64,000 bases of DNA. Origin: Candidatus Yonathbacteria bacterium (GTDB lineage: Bacteria; Patescibacteriota; Minisyncoccia; Phycocordibacterales; JACNGX01). The stretch covers positions 267,769-331,768 of the forward strand of contig JAAXWR010000001.1 of assembly GCA_013334825.1 (NCBI GenBank), in the 5' to 3' direction. Position 1 is the stretch's first letter; every line of letters starts with the position of its first letter. The position numbers and the translations under genes were made by a program. Under the pieces are notes generated by a model that worked only from the letters and a program-made list of their open reading frames with translations, was not told the origin of the DNA and made no database searches. Positions 56,838-64,000 of the stretch are shown here, in pieces.

Positions 56838-57721
56838 ATGCCAAATATCTTAGTAAACAAACGCCAATAAAAACCAAAGGTATATACTAGATTTGTGCCA
56901 ATCGTTTTTAATGGGTTTGTACGTATATTTTTGATAACAAAAATTAGAATTGTTGCAGGATACCATGGATACCACCATGTAAGAGGTAGGAGAAATATCC
57001 ATAAGGAATATGCGGTAAGGAGTTTTGTTTCTCCAAGAAGTTGCCCAAGGATACGTCTAGGATGTTTAACAAAAAGATCCGCCCTTGCTTTACCGTATTT
57101 GTAAAAACGATGAAGATTTTCTTTATCGGTACCCCAATCATGAGATACAGATGCATCACTGATATAACGAATTGTATATCCCGCATCTATACATCGCCAA
57201 GTGAAGTCAACATCTGAGCCGTATAAAAACTGTTCATCAAATCCATTGATATTTTCCCAAACCACTTTTGCAAATGCAAGGTTTCCAGTACCGCTTGATG
57301 TAACATATTGAGCAACAGAATCATTAATTGCATGTATTCTTGAAGAAATATCTGTTGCTCCGAATGGACCAGAAGATATGTATTCATTTTCCTCCAGAAT
57401 AGGTTTTGTCAGGAGTGCAAGCCAGCCATCAACAGGTATACATGTTGCATCAATGAAGACGATAATATCCCCTTTTGCCCGGCGAACTGCTTCGTTGCGT
57501 TGTTCAGGAATGGATGTTTTTCCAGAGACACGTGGTTCAAATTGATACCATGATACTTCAGGATACAATTCGCGTATATCTTTGAGTGTTAGAGGGTCTG
57601 AAGCATCAACAACAATTACTTCCGTTGGGACGGAATGTTGTTGATGTCTGAGCGCTTCAATGGTATTTGCAATACCTCGCTCATTTTTCACAATTATGAT
57701 AATAGAAATACGTGGATTCAT
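56834..57721 (-). CDS. glycosyltransferase family 2
   Basis: N-terminal ISIIIIVKNE...VIVVDASD GT-A signature. Confidence 0.75.
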   Translation of the reverse strand: MNPRISIIIIVKNERGIANTIEALRHQQHSVPTEVIVVDASDPLTLKDIRELYPEVSWYQFEPRVSGKTSIPEQRNEAVRRAKGDIIVFIDATCIPVDGWLALLTKPILEENEYISSGPFGATDISSRIHAINDSVAQYVTSSGTGNLAFAKVVWENINGFDEQFLYGSDVDFTWRCIDAGYTIRYISDASVSHDWGTDKENLHRFYKYGKARADLFVKHPRRILGQLLGETKLLTAYSLWIFLLPLTWWYPWYPATILIFVIKNIRTNPLKTIGTNLVYTFGFYWRLFTKIFGI

Positions 57722-57730
57722 ATGTGTATC

Positions 57731-58786
57731 TTAAGATGACATGTTTTTAGGATGATATAGTATATGAATAAAAGCAACAAGAAAACCTATCATGACTCCC
57801 GATTCAATTGCAAGCTGAATATATGGATATAGGATATATTCAGCATGTTTTTCCTTTATAGCACGAAATGGCCACCATACGTACAAGATAATAGGTGACA
57901 GGATGAGTATAGGAAGAAACACAAATATAAACTTTCCAGAAATAAAAGAAGTGATTATCAGAAAACAAATAACAAAAAATATACACGCCATAGGAAAGAT
58001 TGGCGGCATACTCTTTTGTTTTGCATATGTAAGAAAAGCATCACGTGAACGACGATATGGTTCACCGATTACTTTTTGAAGAGTTGTATAATGTTGATGA
58101 TAGACAATTGCATCAGGAACATACATGATTTTACCGATACGACGGAGGCGTGCAGATATTTCTGAGTCTTCTCCTGTCCTGAGTGTCTCATCAAATCCTC
58201 CTACTTGCATAATTACCGATCTACGATATGCAGCATTTGCAGTATACGCCTCCCCTGTTGCGATAGGTGCAGTTTCTTCCATGATGGGATGAAACATCGT
58301 ATCAATATATCTTATGAGACGCCCAAGAATACCACTTATTCGTATAGCGCTTGGGTGTGGTGGATTGCCATATCCAGATGCTTCCATGTATCGTTCAGAA
58401 AGGGTCATGGGACGATACGCGCTTATTTTTCCGCCAGCAGCCACAGTGTCATCATTAGTAAATATAGTGATAAGACGCTCAAGCCAAAAAGGGTCAGCAA
58501 TACAGTCGTCATCAATAAAAACGACAATTTCTCCTGTAGATGCTGCAAGGGCTGTGTTGCGTGCGATGGGAATACCTTTGTTTGTCTCAAGACGAATGAC
58601 TTGTGCTCCTGCCACTGTCGCGACTTGGGCGGTATCATCAGTTGAGCCGTCATCAACAACGATACATTCAATATGTTCTGTGTCAATTGTTTGGGTGTAT
58701 ACACTTTTAATACACGCACCGATACGTGATGCACCGTTGAGACTACATATCAAGACACTAACTGTTTTTGAGGGTGATGTTTTCAT
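57731..58786 (-). CDS. glycosyltransferase family 2 with C-terminal TM helices
   Basis: VSVLICSLNG...VVDDGSTDDT GT-A signature; DxD (IDDD). Confidence 0.75.
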   Translation of the reverse strand: MKTSPSKTVSVLICSLNGASRIGACIKSVYTQTIDTEHIECIVVDDGSTDDTAQVATVAGAQVIRLETNKGIPIARNTALAASTGEIVVFIDDDCIADPFWLERLITIFTNDDTVAAGGKISAYRPMTLSERYMEASGYGNPPHPSAIRISGILGRLIRYIDTMFHPIMEETAPIATGEAYTANAAYRRSVIMQVGGFDETLRTGEDSEISARLRRIGKIMYVPDAIVYHQHYTTLQKVIGEPYRRSRDAFLTYAKQKSMPPIFPMACIFFVICFLIITSFISGKFIFVFLPILILSPIILYVWWPFRAIKEKHAEYILYPYIQLAIESGVMIGFLVAFIHILYHPKNMSS

Positions 58787-58791
58787 GAATG

Positions 58792-61071
58792 TTATTTATA
58801 AATCTTTGCGACGCCATTGTCATATAATTGATTCTTGTAGGTATCAAAAAATTCTGTAGGAACATTATATGCATATTCTTCATTGTTAACGAGGTAGCTT
58901 GATAACCCAGCAACTGTATTCATGTGCGTGAGAAACACATATCCGTTTACATCAATCATAGAAGGAAGGAGAGTTATAAAAATCTGTGAAGACAATATGT
59001 TTCCATGGGCACTTAAGCGATTGTATCCGGATGAACTTGCAAATATAGGGGAACTATCATTATGTGTCGCAAGCCATTGCGCAGCCGTAACTTCTTCTTC
59101 TTGTGCATAAAATTTCTCATAATCTGCACCAGCATTGTTAAGAGAAAGAAATGTAGGACCCCCTACGAGTGTAAAAATAATTCCGTTATAGAAAAGAAGA
59201 AGAATAATATATGAGATGGTCATTGCGATATAAGCATCTTTTTTTTGAAAAAAAATAGAGAAGATGGAAAGTCCTCCCACTACACTTAGAAGTCCCCAAA
59301 TAACAAGCAGTTGAAAAAACATGCGATCGATATTGTACTGTGTTAAAGCATCAGGTAATATAAGAAGTAATATGAGTATAATAAATCCACTTCCCGCAAG
59401 TAGAACATACTCACTTGACACGAGTTTACGTTTCAACCACCAACCTAGAAGTACAAAAAATCCAAATATTACAAATATATTATTGAGGAATAATTTAAAA
59501 AATACTGATAATTGTTTTGTGAACACATGTGGAACGTCACCCAAATAACGTTGAGTTTCTAAGAAATCCATTCGGCTTATGTGTTCTTCAGAGAATTTAT
59601 TCTCTGAATAAAAATGAAAATCTGAATGATTTTTTTTAAAATTAAGACTTTCTCGCGTTACATATGTGTTAACGTCCTCAAAATGAGGGTATGGGAAAAA
59701 TAATTGATTAATAGAACGGGCGACCGTATCATATGAAAATACTTCTGAAATATTTGATTGGGAATGATCAATGAATCCAGTGATATTATTTCCTGTTTTT
59801 GTTATAACGCCACTCCAAATAAATGCAACTCCAGCAAGAAATATAAGAAACCACATACTAATTGAATGAGAGATTTCTCCGAGTGTGGTTGGTGGTGAGA
59901 AACGTTTCAGTATTCTAAGAATAGAATTTAGAAGAAATGTAATTCCAAGTAGGAAAAGAGCGACATATGTCGTTGAATAATGTGATAGGATCATACTTGT
60001 TCCATATAAAACAAGTAAGACATTTCTATTTTTTGATTTGATCTTTTCTGAAAAAATAATGAACAATATTAAACTAAAAAAAAGAAAACCAAATTCTTGG
60101 CGTATAAGAGTTGGCATGCCATGAGAAAATACAGCACTTCCAAGAAACATCGTAGTAGCAAGTATCGCTTTACGTTGTCCAGTAAGTTCTTTAATAAAAT
60201 AGTATAGGCCGATAGGCATCAATGCAAATATTGCTTGGAAGAGAAACTTAAATATGTATTCATCGACAAAATGAGTAAAACGCAAAAATATAGTTGGAAG
60301 TATGGTAATACTCAGGCATGCGTTATAAGCATCTTGCAAATGTGACATGGACCAAAACGCAGAACCATGTGTCATACGAAAAACTTGTAGTTCATTATTT
60401 ATATCCCATCCAACAACATGGAGACTACGCATTGACATTCCTAAAAGGAGTGCAAAAGACACGGCATAAACCCACGTCAATATAAAAGTTTCATTTTGTG
60501 AAGTAATACGTATTCCGGCATATAAAAGAAATCCAGCGATTCCTAAGAGGGTTGCTATTGCAAGAAAGTTTGATCCGCCATTATTGAGGATAGTAGCTCC
60601 ACCAATCGCAGAAAGTGGGAGAAGGAAAGCAAGGGCTTGTAGCCATACTTGGTGGGGTTGAAAATGAATTTTTTTTGGGGAAAATATATGTATACGACGC
60701 CCGAGAAGAGTACCGATTATAATAAAAATAATAAATAAAATATCGAAAAATATGAGAAGTGGTATTTTTTCCAAAGGTTTCCAAATACCAAATAATGGTA
60801 AAAGAGTATTTTCTATGAGTCCACCAATGAGAAGTATCGCAATACTGAGTGATACAATATGAAGGATACGTTCCCATATCGTTTCTGGATAAAAATTTAG
60901 AATGCGCAAGAGAAGAACGCCGGGAAGAATAAGTAAAAAGAGTAGACCAAAAACATCGCTCATGATAGGTATACCAGAAAGAATCCCTATGTTGAGGATG
61001 ATGAGTGCAAGGATATCAACCCACTGTGGTGTTACGGTAAGAAATTTTTTGATATGTGGAAAGACACTCAT
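58792..61071 (-). CDS. large polytopic membrane protein (about 20 TM; possible GT-C-type glycosyltransferase or polymerase)
   Basis: 759 aa, hydrophobic throughout, with a large loop; sits inside the glycan cluster. Confidence 0.5.
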   Translation of the reverse strand: MSVFPHIKKFLTVTPQWVDILALIILNIGILSGIPIMSDVFGLLFLLILPGVLLLRILNFYPETIWERILHIVSLSIAILLIGGLIENTLLPLFGIWKPLEKIPLLIFFDILFIIFIIIGTLLGRRIHIFSPKKIHFQPHQVWLQALAFLLPLSAIGGATILNNGGSNFLAIATLLGIAGFLLYAGIRITSQNETFILTWVYAVSFALLLGMSMRSLHVVGWDINNELQVFRMTHGSAFWSMSHLQDAYNACLSITILPTIFLRFTHFVDEYIFKFLFQAIFALMPIGLYYFIKELTGQRKAILATTMFLGSAVFSHGMPTLIRQEFGFLFFSLILFIIFSEKIKSKNRNVLLVLYGTSMILSHYSTTYVALFLLGITFLLNSILRILKRFSPPTTLGEISHSISMWFLIFLAGVAFIWSGVITKTGNNITGFIDHSQSNISEVFSYDTVARSINQLFFPYPHFEDVNTYVTRESLNFKKNHSDFHFYSENKFSEEHISRMDFLETQRYLGDVPHVFTKQLSVFFKLFLNNIFVIFGFFVLLGWWLKRKLVSSEYVLLAGSGFIILILLLILPDALTQYNIDRMFFQLLVIWGLLSVVGGLSIFSIFFQKKDAYIAMTISYIILLLFYNGIIFTLVGGPTFLSLNNAGADYEKFYAQEEEVTAAQWLATHNDSSPIFASSSGYNRLSAHGNILSSQIFITLLPSMIDVNGYVFLTHMNTVAGLSSYLVNNEEYAYNVPTEFFDTYKNQLYDNGVAKIYK

Positions 61072-62936
61072 GCTTTTTTGTTAGTTGAGCAAATAATATC
61101 TTCAGGGATAACGAATGAAATATTGGAATGACGAGCGACAACAGAGAGAAATTCTTCGAGAATACGTGGTCTATTGCCTGTTCCTATAACCCAGTCATGA
61201 AAAGATACCGTATATATATCTTCCGCATCAAGGACATTATCTACAAGAGTGTGTACTGCATGATTAATAATAGAAGGCGGTGTGTCTTCATGTATGTTTG
61301 GCAATCCAACAAGTTCAGTATCAAACGGAGCATGTGCTGGTATTTCCCAAAGACCATCTTTAAGAAAAGGTGTTGCACCTGAAAGTAGCCATCGAAGATT
61401 TTGTATAGGAGCAATTCGCGTTTCAGGAACAATTGCGTATGTGAATAACATACGCCAGTTAAGTAGTACAAAAAGTGTTTTACGAAAAAATCTTATTTTC
61501 ATAGGAAGCGCAAGAGGAGAAAAATTCGTATGTAAAAATTCACGCTCATGACGGATGCTTCGATTGCTTATCCATGTATAACCATGTTTTTTTAGGAGAC
61601 TATATAATGCAGTTGAATAGAATCTGGGAGCCATAAGATATGGCGCACGAAAACCGGTCACCGTTTTTCCGGATAGTTCTTTTGCAAGATGAGATGCTTC
61701 AATAAGGTGGTTTTCAAATTCAACAAGTTTTTCTTTTTCGTAATTATCAAGATGCTCATGCGTATATCCATGCATCGCAATATAATGACCATCATTTACA
61801 ATAATACGTATTACATCGGGATGTGTTTTAAATAATGTTCCAAGCACAAAAAAAGTTGCTTTTATGTTATATTTTTTAAGAACTGACAAAATGATTTCAG
61901 TTGATTGCATGATATTATATGAAATTTCTTGATTGGGCATACCGTCTACTCCTTCGAAATCAAAACATACCATAAGACGTGCTGTATGTTTAGGATGCTC
62001 AGGATCAAATATGCCAACGGTACGACCTATATAATATGCCCCGATAAGTATCGTCTGTGTGAGCCAAGCAGGAATAAATAAAAGGATATCTTTTTTTGAG
62101 ATGTAAAAACGAGTATAAAGATGAATTGCTGATGTTAAAGCAATATATACGAATGGAAGAAAGAGCGGCAACCATGTATTAAATATAAATGTTGTTACAA
62201 GTCCTGTAAGTAAGGAACCAAGAAATACTATCCATGCAGCGTCAGGGAAACGAAATTTTTTTTGAGTTCTCAACTGACGAGTAGCTCCCTTTCCCATTTC
62301 AAATAGCCATCGGAATGATTCCGCAAATGATTTACCTTCTTTGTGAGCGACGACTAAATGTTCTAGTGAGCGCATGGGAACATTGTTTCGTTCCATTGCG
62401 TGCATAAATGCTACATCTTCTCCATTTTCTAATCTGCTATCAAAAGAAAAACTATCAAAAAGTTTGCGTTTATAAAGTCCGTTTCCCCCACTGACGGTAA
62501 CTGTGTGTCTTAAAAGTTTTGGTTTTAAATTGAATATTCCATATACAAAGTTAACATCCGCATCAGGTGTTGCAAGCCCGCCTACTGCGTCGTATTTGTC
62601 CATTTCAGCAAGACACATTGTATACCAATGGTTTGGTAAAATAATATCTGCATCTACAAATGCGATATATGTATCACCTTTTGCGGATCGTATTCCTGCT
62701 GCACGTGCCGCACCTCTTCCTTGGTTGTATGGAAGCGATACAATAACAATGCGAGGATCTTCTTTTACATGACGTTGAACGACCTCAAGTGTATGGTCTT
62801 TTGAACCGTCATCAACAACTATGATTTCGGTATTCGAAGTACCATTGAGGTTTCTAACCGATGTTAAACATGCATCGATGGTTTTTTCTTCATTATACGC
62901 AATGATGATAAATGATGTATCAGGCATATTATACAA
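61068..62936 (-). CDS. bifunctional GT2 glycosyltransferase / polysaccharide deacetylase (NodB, CE4) protein
   Basis: N-terminal FIIIAYNEE...VVDDGSKD GT2; C-terminal FDFEG...HGYTHEHL NodB-homology motifs. Confidence 0.7.
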   Translation of the reverse strand: MYNMPDTSFIIIAYNEEKTIDACLTSVRNLNGTSNTEIIVVDDGSKDHTLEVVQRHVKEDPRIVIVSLPYNQGRGAARAAGIRSAKGDTYIAFVDADIILPNHWYTMCLAEMDKYDAVGGLATPDADVNFVYGIFNLKPKLLRHTVTVSGGNGLYKRKLFDSFSFDSRLENGEDVAFMHAMERNNVPMRSLEHLVVAHKEGKSFAESFRWLFEMGKGATRQLRTQKKFRFPDAAWIVFLGSLLTGLVTTFIFNTWLPLFLPFVYIALTSAIHLYTRFYISKKDILLFIPAWLTQTILIGAYYIGRTVGIFDPEHPKHTARLMVCFDFEGVDGMPNQEISYNIMQSTEIILSVLKKYNIKATFFVLGTLFKTHPDVIRIIVNDGHYIAMHGYTHEHLDNYEKEKLVEFENHLIEASHLAKELSGKTVTGFRAPYLMAPRFYSTALYSLLKKHGYTWISNRSIRHEREFLHTNFSPLALPMKIRFFRKTLFVLLNWRMLFTYAIVPETRIAPIQNLRWLLSGATPFLKDGLWEIPAHAPFDTELVGLPNIHEDTPPSIINHAVHTLVDNVLDAEDIYTVSFHDWVIGTGNRPRILEEFLSVVARHSNISFVIPEDIICSTNKKA

Positions 62937-62992
62937 AAGAATCCCCTGCGGATAACCGTGGTGTAAAATAATAAGTTATACGATTCGCACTG

Positions 62993-64000
62993 TTATTCCG
63001 TATTAAAGTGCGCAGCGAATTCTTTGAGAGTAACATAAGCAGGTTTTTGTGTCAAGTCATGCCTAAGTATACCAAAGAAGTTTTCGGGAGATGTTTTTGC
63101 CGTACCAAGGTCACGGAAACTATACCAAAAGAATGGGCCGAGGTATGAAGTATGGTCAGTATACAGGGCTACTGTTTCTTGAGCCATTTGATCTTGGGCT
63201 GCTTCTGTTACATAGTCTGCTCCATAGACGAATGTTGATGGGTTGATGGTGCGCGCTTTACCCGGACCACCTGTCGGTGCGCCATATTCGGTAAGCCAGA
63301 TACGTTTGGCACTGTCACCATTTGCGACCATGATGTCACGGATATCTGCGATCTGTTCCCAGTTATTCCACTCCACATCACGTGTCGGACTGAGTGGGTA
63401 GGTATACGGATGAAGTGCGATTGCATCAAATGAATCTTTTGCTCCATAGGTATAGAGACCTTTTACAAAGGTGATAGGTGAAATATTACCATCCTCGTCC
63501 CCTGCTGGAGCAACACCACCAGTGATGACAAATGCATCGGGGTTCGCGCGTTTGATGGCGGTATAGGTTACTTTGAGAAGTTCGGCATATCGTGCGACGT
63601 TGGGAGTGGCATATCCGTCTTGGGGTGTGTTTTGTTCATTCCAGATTTCCCAATGGGAGACCGTTCCTTTGTATCGTGTAGCAACTAACGATGCAAATGT
63701 TGCAAAAGCATCTGCATCAACAGGCGCACAGGTGTTCTGTTTGATACATGTTGAGTTTTGTGCCCAGACAGGTGCATAGGTGATGATACCAAGAGAATTG
63801 ATGCCATATTTTTTGGCTGTGTTTGCAACGCGGTCGGGGTCTTCCCAGTAGTAGACGTTGGGACCTGCTTCTTGGACGGCACCCCAGTTGATATCCCAAC
63901 GCACCCATGTGACGCCGGCATCTTTGAGTCCTTGGAAATAGGTATTGAGTTCACTTTGAGTCATGGCAGTGAGTCCGCTTCCCGCTGCGATACCAAGCGC
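62993..64000 (-). CDS. clan GH-A glycoside hydrolase, paralog of 53009..54373; 5'-partial (runs off window end)
   Basis: WEIWNEQN and WLTEYG catalytic motifs; about 50% identity to the other copy; frame is open to position 64000. Confidence 0.7.
   Translation of the reverse strand, partial: ALGIAAGSGLTAMTQSELNTYFQGLKDAGVTWVRWDINWGAVQEAGPNVYYWEDPDRVANTAKKYGINSLGIITYAPVWAQNSTCIKQNTCAPVDADAFATFASLVATRYKGTVSHWEIWNEQNTPQDGYATPNVARYAELLKVTYTAIKRANPDAFVITGGVAPAGDEDGNISPITFVKGLYTYGAKDSFDAIALHPYTYPLSPTRDVEWNNWEQIADIRDIMVANGDSAKRIWLTEYGAPTGGPGKARTINPSTFVYGADYVTEAAQDQMAQETVALYTDHTSYLGPFFWYSFRDLGTAKTSPENFFGILRHDLTQKPAYVTLKEFAAHFNTE

Overview
This window looks like a compact bacterial chromosome segment, with gene content and style consistent with a Patescibacteria/CPR-like genome; that attribution is an inference. 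Standard code 11 is in use, since TGA, TAG and TAA all terminate clearly recognisable genes. Recognisable genes include mraY-ftsW-murG, gltX, cysS, leuS, mnmA, ychF, dnaB, recR, nth, a mutY-like glycosylase, rmuC, rpmA, rplI, rplU, ctpA, corA, mltG, a two-component system, and a surface-glycan cluster of GT2/GT4 transferases, a flippase and a cytidylyltransferase, flanked by two paralogous clan GH-A hydrolases. No rRNA, tRNA or CRISPR array was found. The accessory content is a dense population of small repeats and hairpin elements: (i) a ~150-250 bp intergenic repeat family in five copies; (ii) the 'gtcattccgggcttgacccggaatcc' hairpin motif, in two copies bracketing a stop-riddled GIY-YIG nuclease gene; (iii) a 'GCGGGCAT..ATGCCCGC' palindrome family, one copy inserted in frame inside mnmA; (iv) GC-rich 'aaggccgcttgcgcggcctt' terminator hairpins. 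Other notable points: an XRE regulator broken by an 11-bp tandem duplication; a 51-bp direct duplication of the ychF 3' end flanking a 1.1-kb insert that carries a promoter- and terminator-bounded small-RNA candidate; a HEPN-like, RmuC, Cas4-like PD-(D/E)XK nuclease gene trio; a second PD-(D/E)XK nuclease; and tandem paralogous membrane-protein genes that share a duplicated promoter/5' module. About 30-40% of the ORFs have no assignable function.
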